A stretch of 64,000 bases of DNA from Penicillus capitatus (Eukaryota; Plantae; Chlorophyta), in NCBI GenBank assembly GCA_965649825.1, contig OZ287700.1, positions 620,001 through 684,000 on the forward strand, read 5' to 3'. Within the stretch, counting starts at the first letter, position 1; the number at the start of each line of letters is the position of its first letter. Shown one piece after another: positions 25,724 to 38,000 of this stretch. The notes below the pieces were generated by a model. The model had not been told where the DNA came from. It did not search any database and saw only the letters and a list, made by a program, of their open reading frames with translations. The position numbers and the translations under genes were made by a program.

Positions 25724-28700
25724 CTATGACTTCCTCACATTTGAATCTCCTTTCTTCGCGAATCCTGGAAAGCATCGATCGATCTCCCTCTTCAGAACCA
25801 AGACGACGCTTTCGATCTCGTCTATGGGTCTCTCCCATTGAATGCGTTTCCAGGGGCCGACATGCAGCACCAGCAGCATCACGTCCGGTTTGTTCTTGAT
25901 GCGTGCTGTACTCAAGGCCACGTGCGGCAGACGCGGTACAATGCTGCGAATGACAGCGATATTGTTTTCTTCTAAGTACAATCGAACGAGCGTTTGGAGA
26001 GGGAGAGATTTGAATCCCGCTATCAGAGCATCCCGAACGCAAGAAGCTTCATCTTTGAGCAGCCTCGCCGCCTGTTCGATGCAATGCGCTTCCTGTTGAC
26101 TATGAGATCTTCGCAGTGTGACCAAGAGCTGTGAGACATGTGCCAGACGGACACCTTCGTCCTCATCTTCACACGCCTTCCTTCCGATGTAGTTTAATGC
26201 CTCAGCGCGTTTCGGCCAGTCTTCTCGAATCTCCATGATCTGCGACACGACGTGGCATCGTACGTGGGCTGAAACATCGTGATAGGATTTTAGAAGAATG
26301 TCGACAAGGGTGTCGGCATTTTCGGGAAGACATCGGATCCAGCCTGCGATCTTGGCCACGGCGGCGGCTCTGGTGCTCGGATGCTCCGCTTCGAACAGAC
26401 GGAACTTCAGAAGAAGCAGCTCATTCCGTCGCCGGTGGCATTTTTTGACGAGAAACGGTATTTGCTGCATCGCCTTGCGGCGCACATCGATAGAGGGACT
26501 ACAGTCCGAACGCAAAAAGACATCCAGCAATGCATCTGCGTGTCTTGGGCAGCCTTCGACCCAGTCGACAATGTAATCCAGTGTCGCCGTTCGGATCTTG
26601 ACGTCCTTCATCTCTAAGAAATGCTCTTGCAGATGCAGCAACGGCCCTGAATGCTCGGGGAATGCTTTCACGATATGAGGCATCTGTTGGATCACGCTCA
26701 TACAGGCATAGTAGCCCATTTCATCCCATTCCACCTCTAAGAATGCTTTCATTAACTGATCTGCGTACTGTGGTGATGTCTCTAAGAGGACCAGCATCTG
26801 ATCAACAGAGGCGGCGCGAATTTCGAAACGGTTGCTCTTCAGTTGAGCGGTGAGCAGGACAATGAGCTTGGCATCGTCGTATGGACACAGCTTGATGAGT
26901 TTCGGTATGAGCTTGACGGCCAATTCGCAGACATTGATTTGACTGCTGTGTGCCAGATCGGAGTGGAAGCTAAGGATATCTTGCGTTCTGCTCCGGCAGT
27001 GTGAGATGAGCGTCGGAACTTGCGATGCGATACGACGAAGGGCAGTCGGTGCAGTGTCCATACGAATCTGTGGCAACATGTCGACAGCAACTTCGGCACA
27101 ATAGGGCATAGACTGAATGACGGCACAGAGTTGTCTCACAGCCGTTGTGCGAATCCCATGATGATCGGATGTGATGTGACGTGAGATCAGAGCCAACAAG
27201 TCATCCATGTGATCGGGACAGAGATCGATGAGCCTCGGAATCTGTTCCAATGCCGTTTCGCGTGTCTCTGGCTGTTTGCACTCCAACAGAATCGAATGCA
27301 GATGGAGAAACTTGGCAGCATTGTCTGGATCTTCTTTGATGCACTGTGGGATGTGCAGCAGAAAAATGGAACGATCTTTCGGGGGCATTCTCTCGAGCAG
27401 GCCGTCAATACACCTGGCAACGGACAACGTGTGATCTGAAGGATGCTCGGAACTGCCATCTGCCTGGGACTCTTCATCGGACGTCTCGGCCGTGCTCAGC
27501 AAACGCAGGACACTAGCGATCAGTCTTTCCAGCCGTGCCTGATCACGACCAACACCGTTCTGCCCCTGAGATGACGACGCGTGGCACATCGATTGACAGG
27601 AAGTGCTCGACAGCAGCGTGGCTGAAGTGCACTTGGAATTCAGAACGCTTTTCGATGCCGTCAGCATAACCCTCTTGTTGACCAGTCCTCTGCCTGAACT
27701 CTCACTATCTGTCGTGAGCATCTGCCTCGTTGAGGGGCCTGTCTGTTGCCTCGGAGATGCAAGAGACACCGACGATTGATGCGTTGCGAGAAAGTTCTCC
27801 CTCTGAGATGGAGAAGTATCTCGCGCTGGAGGCGTCCTCCTGCGCAGCTCAGCGCATTTTGCAAACGCCTGACAGACATTGGGTGCACAGCTGAATGCTT
27901 TGGAGATAGCGGATTTTAGAATACGTTTCTCCCAGAGCGGCACGACGCAGTCCATGATCGATCTGATGACGGGTTCTGTGGTGTCGACAAAACGGGTTTC
28001 GTGGAGTGCCTTTTTCTTTGTCACGGCGAGGAAGCTCTCCACGAAGGTAAGCCTCAGCAGAGCGTGTCGAAATCCAAAGACTTCGACAGGTGGTGCATCG
28101 ACCATTGCCAGAATCTTCTTGAAGCCTTCACAGCTCTGTGTTCTGCCAACCTCCTCCATCATGAACACAAACGTCGTTTGAAATTCGGCGTTGTATTTGT
28201 TCTTGGCGATGAAACTGGCAACTTTCTTGGCGGCGGCGCCGCCTTCGTAGAGCTTCCGTGCCAAATGGCATCCAGCAAAGTACTCCTGAAAACTGGAATG
28301 CGGAAACTTGTATGCCGGGGCACTAAACTGCAGGAGCACAAATGCATTCTTCTTCAAAAGCGTCTGCGTAATCGGATCTTTGAATTGCTCCTGCACCGTT
28401 GCTGTGCGGATGGCAAACTGCTCTCGATCCAGCGCGTCAAATCCGACGGCGCCCAAGGCATCGAAGACATCGGACCGTGTGATGTCTTTTGGCTCGTGTG
28501 CCGCAACGAAAAGATCCCATAAGTAATTCGACAGTTTCTTATACAGCGACGATACTGTGCCGTGCGGGCCATCGGCATCAAGGATCTCGGATTTCTCGTT
28601 CCATATTCGACAAAGGATGTCTGCGTTTGCCGGTACGTGTGCAATCTTCCTCAATGTATCGTTCACTAACAGCAGCTGATTGAGCGATTTGGCCTTGTCT

Positions 28701-30941
28701 TTCGGAAGTTCGTTGCCGATAAAGGCAGAGAGTTGTCTGTCATCGAATCCTGTGCACTCGATGTGCACATCTGGCCAGAGGCGATTTGCCTGAATGGCGC
28801 AAGGACGGCTAAAGGCGAGGAGAGCTGCGTGACTGTCCTTTGCCTCCTGCAGAATTTCGTCGCACGCCTTTTCTATCTCTTCAAATCCACCATCCACAAT
28901 CACCAGACTCTTGCTCTTCTTTAGATCTTGTGCAACGAACTCGCGCAGCTCCTCGTAATCGGCTGGATCATCTCGAGTCGAGAAACACGTGTTGGCAATG
29001 GCAGTTGCCAATGTTTTCTCTCGACGTGTGTTGCTGGAATCGTAGGCACGAGCGCTCAGCTTGCTCGCCGGTAGAAGATAGAGTGCTTCGAAATGGGAGC
29101 CCCATTCTCCCAACGACCACAGATGTGCAATTTTTCGACTCAACAGCGTCTTGCCTGTTCCAGGATCGCCAACAATGAGGACCTTGCGTGTGCGATGCAC
29201 CACCTTGCTCTCTCCGACCTTACGACTCTTGAAGAGATCTTGATAGTGCAAAGCTGAAGGATCATCTGCTGGACGATCGGTCGGTCGAGCCGTTCCTTCT
29301 CGACTGTTGTCGTTTCTCTCAAAGGCCGAACGGGTCAAATGAAAGTGCAGGGTTCGCACGTGCCTCGGGGATCGGTCCTCGAACAACGGCTTTGGGCTCG
29401 CGAACTCCGCCGACTGGTACGCCACCTTCAGCTCTCTGTGCAAATCCTCCATCTTCTTCTGATGACGAAGGACGTGGATGCGTCGGACGGCCTCACGAAA
29501 CAGTGTATCCGATACAGGGGACGGTTCCATGAGTGGCCGATTCTGAAGTCGATCCTCAAGGCTGTTGCCATCCAGCCACGCATCAATCTTCTTACGCAGT
29601 TCGATTCTTGCTCCAATGGCCGTCATCCTTTCCAATGCCCCAGCGATGACAACGGCCTCCTCTGCTTCCGCTTCGAGGTACAAGGTATAGAGGGTATCGA
29701 GAAGGGCTTCGAAGATCTCGGCATCTTCGGCCCATCCTTCCCATCCAGATCTCTCAGATCGGCATCGCTTTCCCAAACTCACAAGCATCCTTAGTGCCTC
29801 GGACTGAATGGTCGATGTTGGACCATGGAGCGAGAGCATACGCAGATGGTCGACAAGACCAAAACGGAAGGCCTTTCTATCTTCTGTCTGCATCACTGCC
29901 GCCTTCTCTCCGTTATGGCGACAACATGTTTCAAACGCTGCGAAAGATTTGGGATCACGAATACATCTAAGACTTGTCTTGTAGATTTCTAGAAGGCTGT
30001 CATACCATGGAGCATGCTCCATATCCGAAGACTGTTCGACGGCCATAGCACTCATGGCATTCTTCAAGGCAGCCCTGCAAGCATCAAAGTCGAAATCGAT
30101 ATCTCTGATGACATTGACGTCGCGTATGGCGGCTACGGTTCCATAGCCGCCAAAGAAAAAACGATGACATCCATCCATGATCGACGCATCCGTTCCAGCA
30201 ATCTGCATACTCCCGAGGCTCTGTCTGATCAACTTTGCCTGATAACGGTAAGGATAGTACGCTCGATCGTCCGATATGCTTTTGAGAAGTCCTTTGAATC
30301 TCCAATAAATACCTTCCTCATCATCAAAATCCAAACACCCTGGTGCTCGTCTTCTGATAATGACGAATGTTTGATATACAGTGAAAAGTGTGAGACAATG
30401 TATTCGATAGTTCTCTCGGGTAACCGTCGACGCACTTCCCTTATCAAGCCTGCTCAAGAAACACTCTGCTAATCGCAGCAGTCCATCCGGCTCTTCCACT
30501 GTCTCAATGTTGGTCGACTGCAGTGTTTCGTCGATGCATTGTATGAGCTCCTTCTCGGCAGCACAGTCTTGGGCTTTTTCGCAGAGAATCTGAAACCAGT
30601 CCTTCCACAGTTCCCTGCTCAAGAGGCATTCCGTCTTCATCTTCCCAAGCAATGCGTATTCTTTGATGTGGCTCAGGGTGATGGTCTGTGACGACTGTTC
30701 AGAGAACCATCTCACGCAATACTGAAACCAGTCACGGACGCCGGACTCCGTCGTCCAGTGGCCTCGTGCGTTCAATGCATCCACAAGGCTGCGGGTATCT
30801 GCTGACCGCACTCTTAAGCCTGGGTGGAGAGGGACTTAGTGACGACGGTTTAGCAAAGATAGGGAAACAACCGGCAGACTCGGTGTCGGGCGTTGGTTGG
30901 AATGCCGTCGCTGACTGCGCGATAGGCGCATCGCCAGCCAT
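25724..30941 (-). CDS. NLR-like STAND protein: helical N-terminal domain - NACHT - HEAT-like repeats (~1,720 aa)
   Basis: Walker A KVLIVGDPGTGKT (29147-29170), Walker B-like LVIVDGGFEE, sensor FSRP, TGFDDRQL..FI, VPANADILC and YKFPHSSFQEYFAG. About 12 repeats of 37-39 aa follow. The track ORF starts at GTG, but a 52-bp GT-AG intron (30871-30820) joins it in frame to the ATG at 30941. Confidence 0.9.
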
Positions 30942-31322
30942 TCTCCCGTCGCCAATTTGCGCCTACAATCAGATATTAAACACCGACCGACGCCTTGCCC
31001 AACGATTACCGTGTCCTTGATGACTGGTTAGGCGTTGCTTCTTCGAGAACACTGCAAACCACAAAATGCGGAACGAATGGGACGGTTACAACTACGATGC
31101 CTATAGTCATGTCTCGTTGACACATCTCTAGTCAGAGGCGGCTACGCATCTCCAAGGCAAACCAAGTCTAGATAGAGACCAATGGCGACGCCACTAGCGT
31201 CGCCGCTTCCTTCCATTGACTAAAACGGATGCCGGGAGAGATAGTGGTGTGTCTGCCGTGCAATACGCGTTCTGAAGGAGACGCATATAGCTGTCACATT
31301 TTTCCAATCAGCGAGCAGCATT

Positions 31323-32231
31323 ATGTGGTCTCGCAGTTTCCTTCGTCCGTTCGGAGGTCAACCGCGGCTATCGGACCCAGAAAACAGAAATAAACGGCGC
31401 TTTGATAAGCGGCATGCTTCCTCGTCGAGTTCAGAGAAGTCGACGCACCGGAACAGTCCGCATCAACAGAATACCTCCTCTGTCAATACTCCCAAAACCA
31501 GCTGGTGGAGTCAGCAACAGGCCGCCATTGGCAACGCCGTTGCTGGAATGGGAGCTGCATGGCAGAGAATAAGACCAAAAGCTCTGGAAGGTTCGCCCTC
31601 ACTCTTCTGGCATCTGGGCGATCGTTCCAGGGTTGTGCACGTGCAGTTAGGGTCGATGTCGACATGATCAGGCCAACGATCATGTCTGCGCGCAAAACAG
31701 CAGAAGACACGTGGGCCAAAGTACCACCACCTGTCCAGACAGCCGCTCCGTATGTTGGTGTCGCTTTTCTCTCTGCTTGGCTCATGAACCGAATCGATCA
31801 GCGTACCATACGTGCACAGGTCCTTCCTCCTTCTCTGCCTCCATCTCTCATCACACGTATATCCAGAAACGTCTCAATGCGGAGCAGGAACTGGAAATTG
31901 TGGCGCTACGAGGGGCGAATGAAGCTTTGCAGCAACCGCGGTCGATTTACGTAAGAGTGAGAAGATGCGTGCGATAGAGTGACGATGGATAATGCTCTAG
32001 AAAGATGGAATGGGCGAGTACGTGACGTCCATGACAGCAGCTGTGGCACAGGCAACGGCCTCAGCTGCACGAGCTGCCGAAGCAGCAGCCGTTGCATCAG
32101 AGTCTTGCGCAATGCACTCACGACGCAATATTCGACCTGTTCAAACGAAACTCGCCAACCAGAGCAGCGGTCAACTCCCTGAAAATCCCGGAACTTCCGC
32201 TTCTCCTTTCTCCACTGGCAATGCACCATGA
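31323..32231 (+). CDS. Hypothetical single-TM protein with Ala-rich helix, 3 introns
   Basis: Three ~50-bp GT-AG introns join the frames into ...VPPPVQTAAPYVGVAFLSAWLMNRIDQR...|KRLNAEQELE...|KDGMGEYVTSMTAAVAQATASAARAAEAAA. Confidence 0.65.
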
Positions 32232-32386
32232 CGCCTTTACTGTAGCTCTCACACTTTTTAGAGGAAATGCGTGAGATTGATTAAATAGCGCGATGGTGTT
32301 GCATGACAGACATTGATACTTCATATGTCGGTCGTCCTAACCAACCTTCGTCAAAACTCCGATGTCGGTCAGCGTAAGACAACAAC

Positions 32387-33441
32387 TCATTCCTTTTGCA
32401 CCTCACCCACGAAACGATGCACAAAAGCGATCTGCTCATCTGACAGGGCAGAGGGATAACCTTCACATACAGGACATTCAAACCAACCCAAACCGCGCCG
32501 ACTCACCCACCTTCATCTTTTCGCGTGTAGAAGGCTCTGGAGACGCGTTCGATGCTTTCTTCGGCAGAGAGCCTGTCAGAAGAGTGGAGAACTGCTGAAA
32601 CGAACAATGGGAGTTACCCAAACATCTTTGCCAGAAGGCAGCACGTCACGATGCCTGCACGGCCACGACCACCCCAGCAATGAACATAAAGCTTCTCTCC
32701 TTCATTCAGGCGCTCTTCCAGATTGACCAGGACAGGAATCAGATCCGACGGCTCCAGGGCTTTCATTCCTTTGATAGGATGCTGCACAAAGGTGCATGCC
32801 TCTACTTCGGCCGCTTTATCCAGTTCCTCAGATTTCTACACAGTCATGCTTAGCCATTATCTCTCTCTTCGTTGGACAAACGGGAGTCTTCGGCAGGAAC
32901 TTATCGATGAATGCATTGCGAATGCCTGCAAAGGTTTCTTTGGGTGGGGGTCCTGCCATGGCAGCCATAATAAGCTCAACCGGTTGTTTGTACGGCAAGA
33001 ATCCTTTATCCCCTCCCACAGGCATTTCATCTTGAGACATGACATCACTCTAGAGCACACGCTTTCACTTCGGCACTCTTTGAACTGTATCGTTACTTGA
33101 AGACTGACAAAGGTACGGACACCGGCTTCGAGAATCTTTTTTAGCTGAGCCTCCCCTTCTTCATGCGTTCGGCATTTTTTGAGTTCACCAGGTTCGACAT
33201 AGGGATAACGTCCAACCATGAGATGGGAAGGGACAATCCAGTTCGAAAAAGACGCAAAGCCATGCGTCTGTTCATAGCGATCATCCAACGGCTGCAATTT
33301 CAGCGGCGTCATGATCGGCCGCGCAGAGACCCGTCCGATTCGACGTCGGTATTGAAGCGTGTTCTTTCGGAATCGACCGTCTAACGCGACACGACGGCTA
33401 CACGGTGGGGACACCCCATTCGACGGCGTCGTGCGAATCAT
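32387..33441 (-). CDS. PTP/dual-specificity phosphatase family protein, ~4 introns
   Basis: Catalytic loop LYVHCWGGRGRAG (HCX5R, 32653-32682), with FSNWIVPSHLMVGRYP and GVRTFVSLQ upstream and an Arg-rich N-terminus. Confidence 0.85.
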
Positions 33442-33541
33442 GAATATCCGCAACGAACAAACGCACGCCCGACGGCATTACTCCAACTGATGTGACAGCC
33501 ACCTCCGATTCGCTAGAGACACAACGAACTTCACGTAGACG

Positions 33542-34910
33542 ATGGAAACGCCGACTTTCGATACTCGTGTTGTACAGGAGTGCTGGAAAGCCAAAGTCCG
33601 TCCTCTCTATACCGTCGCCTTTCTCAACGGATCTCCCTTCCCAGATTCCGTTGCGTTTGAGCCTAAAGAACTGTGGAGTGCCCGAACGTCCTTTGCCCTT
33701 CTATGTACGTCGTCGCTGACGTTGACAGCAATGCCTGTCGCTGAATGCTGCCTTTCTTGCAGACGGAGCAGCCGCGTTACGCTTATCTACCATTTCTATT
33801 CCACGATGCGCTTCAGTTCTTTGCCGTACGTCTTGCGTCCAAAGTCGTCTCCGTGCATCGTCTTTCCAGAGATCTGCCATGGACCAATCCAATCACACAC
33901 TCGTTTTTGAATTCGAGGGACTCGCTCTGCCATGGTGCACACAAACACGGTAGAGAGATCTGTAGATCCATGACGTGCTTTTCGCAGGCACGTCCCCATG
34001 GGCGTACTTTATGATCTCGTTGCCGACGGTCAGCTTCCTTGGAGGCTTCAGGCGAGTGCCGGTATGTGTGTTGTGTCTGTATGATCGGCCGTCGTTCACA
34101 GGTGGCTTTCGTTTCGTCCCTTCCTCCGGAACTGCTGCCATGGGACAAGGATCCAACAGGCGAATTGGTATCCCTCAAGCGAATTTTCTTCAGTTCTATG
34201 AAGGTAGAGACACACCATCGAGCGAATCGTTCACGCAGTTGGCGCAGGAATCGGCACATATTCTAAACGGATCAGATGGATCAAATGAGATTACACAACT
34301 GAGTCTCGACATGAAGAACGATCTGTGGCACAGCGCCAGGAAAACAGACATCGAGACCTACGAAAACGTCCTGAGCGCAACAAAGCTCCATGCCTTCGTA
34401 ACGCATTCTCTCAATCGATGACGCACAAACGCACAAGCAATACTTGGCATCGCAGGTCGAGCAGTCAGATGTTGTCCCCGTTCGTATCCTCATGCAGAAA
34501 GGTGTATGTGCCCGTACGGACGACCCGAGGCAAAACGGATGCTCTGTACTTTAGGTCGGCAGGTATTGTGTTGGAAGGACGATGTATTGTACCTGTCGCG
34601 GCCGGTGGAGGCAGAGGTCTCAGTCCTGACGGCGCTGAAGGAGTTCTTTCCTGCCGTCGCCTGGGAGTTAGAAGGCGATACCAGATTCAAATCTTATAGC
34701 AGCATCGAAGACATCGGTGCGGAACAGACCCAAGCTTTTCACAAACGCCCAGTCATCTCTATCTGCTCCATTGAGCCGAACATTGAGGATATCACTTTTG
34801 CATGGCTTCACCGGAACATGCATGCACCGGATAATTTCCTCTACTTGGTCGTAAAACCGAAGGAGCGACCGAATGTGGAGAAAGAGACGCCTGTTGGGGG
34901 GCAGCACTGA
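33542..34910 (+). CDS. ATG5: Autophagy protein 5, 7 introns
   Basis: Splicing gives WKAK|IPLRL, PRYAYLPFL, FEFEGLALPW|HVPMGVLYDL...LPWRLQ|VAF, FFSSMK|ESAHILNGS..ITQLSLDMKNDLW and SIEPNI..FAWLHRNMHAPDNFLYLVV, the ATG5 hallmarks. It is not obvious in the ORF track. Confidence 0.9.
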
Positions 34911-35087
34911 GGGCCGCGTTCCAAGGTGGCGACAGCACTTGCTGTCGTCCCTCTGGAAGAGACTGTAGTGCTTAGTTGTAACCGTAACCGATTGGGCATC
35001 TTAAGGCACATGTCGTTGTCCGACTCGGCGTTTTAACATTAGTCCGTGCCGTTCTACGTTTTCCGTCGTAGCCACTTGAGCAGAAAC

Positions 35088-38000
35088 ATGAAACCAAAAA
35101 ATCGAGTCATAGCAGAATATGCGTTCGTCAGTGCATTATGCCTCCTCGCAAGCATCGCAGAGGCCACTCGCTTGAACAGTCTCCAAACGCAGAACGCAGA
35201 AACGCCTCTCCTTACTTTTAACGGTAAGCAAACAATGGATACCGTTTCTTTGTTGCTCTCACGGACAGCACAGTAAACGTATTCCTCAGCGACCGTCTAG
35301 AGGCTGTCAGTAGACGTACTTAGTGTCATCGCACTATTGTTAGACGACAAGGTGCTCAGCTAAACGTGCTTTGCTGTTGTTCCAGGTTACAGAACGAACA
35401 CCTCACCGCGCGACATCTCGCTGGTTTCAGATGCCTCTCAATTGGAAAAGGTATTGTCGAGTTCCAGCCCTGCGTCGTTAGACGAGAGTGAACGATAGGT
35501 GCTCTCCAATAGAAGCCCAGCACGCAGAATGCGATCGAGCAATGGTCCGTCACACACGCTGATTCTTTGCGCCGTCTGCATGTGCGATGTGTAGACTGCT
35601 CTTTGAGTGAGGAAAAAACAGCAAAGTACTACGATGCCGCATCGAAAGTGTGGATGGTGGACGACGTGGTCGTCGAGGAATTGGACGGAAAGCTGCATCT
35701 GATCACTGGCTGTGCCACAGACGGCGATGTCGTGTTGTTTAAGACGACCAAAACTGTGCAGCCGAAAAAGAAGCTCACCATCCGCCATGGGATCACACTG
35801 AGTGCATATGTGGATGATGTGACCGTCTTCAGATCCGAGACAATTCCGACGATCGAGGACAAAACGGTCTTCAGCTGCCCCTCGACCGATGAGGGATTAT
35901 TCTCAATCCAGTAAAGGCCTACGGTTAAAATGCCTTTCGATGGCGTTGCTTGTGTTCAGGAGTACAAATGTGGTGCTGGCCAACATGATCGTCCAAGACT
36001 GTCATCTTGTCGGAGACGTTCCGATCGAGATCCACTCCTGCGGCGAGAGCGCCACCCGTAGCAATGTCCTCTTCGCTAACGTCGATTTCTTGAGAAACAC
36101 GCATCCCCATGGATCTGCAGCGGTGGAGACAGCGGCCCCATCGTGCAGCGATTTGAAATTTGTCAACAGTCACTTCGAAGAGAACGCCTGTGAAGAGTGC
36201 GTCGCTTCCCTGTGTTATGGTTTTTGGAGTGAGATGTTGTAAAGGTCACACGTGGGCATTGTCCGCACCGTTTTGGGGGCCACCGTGACGGCACTGAAAA
36301 CCAAGGCCGTTGCGAACCGCTGCACCGTTTTCATGGCCGAGCAGAGTGAGATGAACATCACCGCTTCCGAATTCCGTCAGAATCAGGGCGTCCAGATCGA
36401 TGGTAAAAATGAAGCGCGAGGTGCGGCACTGAGATACGATATGGAATCCACTGGGCACATTATCGATTCGACATTCGTTGCCAACACCGCAAAGTATGGC
36501 GGTTCCATCTCTGTGTCAAGCAAATCGCGCATCTGGGGAAAAAACTTGCACTTCAAGAGCAACAAAGCGGCACACGGTGGCGCCATGCACATCTCTGATT
36601 CCTATGCCCACTTGACGAATTCCGAGTTCAGCAAGAACGAAGCCGATGACCGTGGCGGCGCAGTCAACACCATGAATGGCTCAGATTTCAATACAGAGCT
36701 CGTCACCTTCGAGAGGAACATTGCAGAATCTGGAGGAGGTCTGTCGCAACAGGAGGGTCGCTGTTTCATGAAGAAAACCTCCTTCGTTGCCAACTCTTGC
36801 AAGACGCACGGAGGCGGTCTGTTTGCTCTGCAAAACGCGACGATACAAGGAAAGAACCTCGTCTTCCGGAAGAACAAAGCAAGCGCAGGTGGCGGCGCGT
36901 TCATTCAGGAATCGACAGCGACGATCACGAGCAGTAACTTCACGAAGAACAGCATCATTGACAACGACGGCGAAGGCGGCGGCGCTTATTTGACAGGCAG
37001 CCATATGAACGGCACCGATTTGAGGATTTTTGAAAACAAAGCTTACAACGGCGCTGGGATTTCTCTCCATACCAGTTCTTCTGTTGATCTCGCCGACACG
37101 GTTCTCTCCAGCAACAACGCTGTACACACCGGAGGAGCTGTGTACATCGGGTCGAGATCCTCTATCGTGGGACGACGTCTTTCGATCAAAAGCAATGGAG
37201 CTACTCATGGTGGCGGCGTAATGATCGACGCAGACAGCACAGCAGAGATAGTCGATACTGTGGTGGAGAGCAACATTGCCAAAGAGTATGGTGGCGCAGT
37301 GACCGTTAGTAAGAGTGTCTTCACTGTCAGCCGATCGCGGTTTTTGTCCAATAAAGCGAAGAATGGCGGCAGCGTCTTCAGTCAAAACGGAAGAATGACC
37401 ATCTCCGATGCCGACTTCTCTTCTAACGTTGCCGATGAAGTTGGCGGCGGCATCTTTTCTGCAAGCAATCCACAGATGGTAGCGAAAAAGACAGTGTTCT
37501 CGAACAACGCGGCCAACCTGGGTGGCGCTTTGATGACAACCTCCAGTAAAGCATCTCTAGAAGCCTGCACGTTCAAAGGAAACAAAGGTCATTTGAAAGG
37601 AGGCGCCATTTTTGCACAGAAAGCAAAGCTATCTGCAAGAGATTCTATCGCTGAAGGCAATGGAGCACAGGAAGGTGCTGGATTCCATCTCACATCAACA
37701 CCGACAGATCTGAAGAACACTTCCTTTGTGAAAAACAAAGCCGAAGCTAATGGTGGCGGACTGTATGTCTTGAACTGCGATTTCAATGCGACAGCACTCA
37801 CAATGACAGAGAACGAGGCTAAGAGTGGGGCAGGGTTGTACTTGGACAAGTCGAAATCCTTTTCGCTGTCCAAGTCGATGCTGATCCAGAATCAGGCGAT
37901 AACGACTGGAGGAGCCGTTCACATGATAAATAGCAAAATCGAGTGCACCGGATTGACTGTGAGTCAGAATTCTGGCGCAGAGGGTGGTGCATTCTACGCC

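Noticed and set aside
31184-31204. Perfect 8-bp hairpin ggcgacgc-cacta-gcgtcgcc (and a 7-bp one near 34930)
   Set aside because: Stems this short are expected by chance in 64 kb, and no shared sequence or terminator role in a eukaryote is supported.
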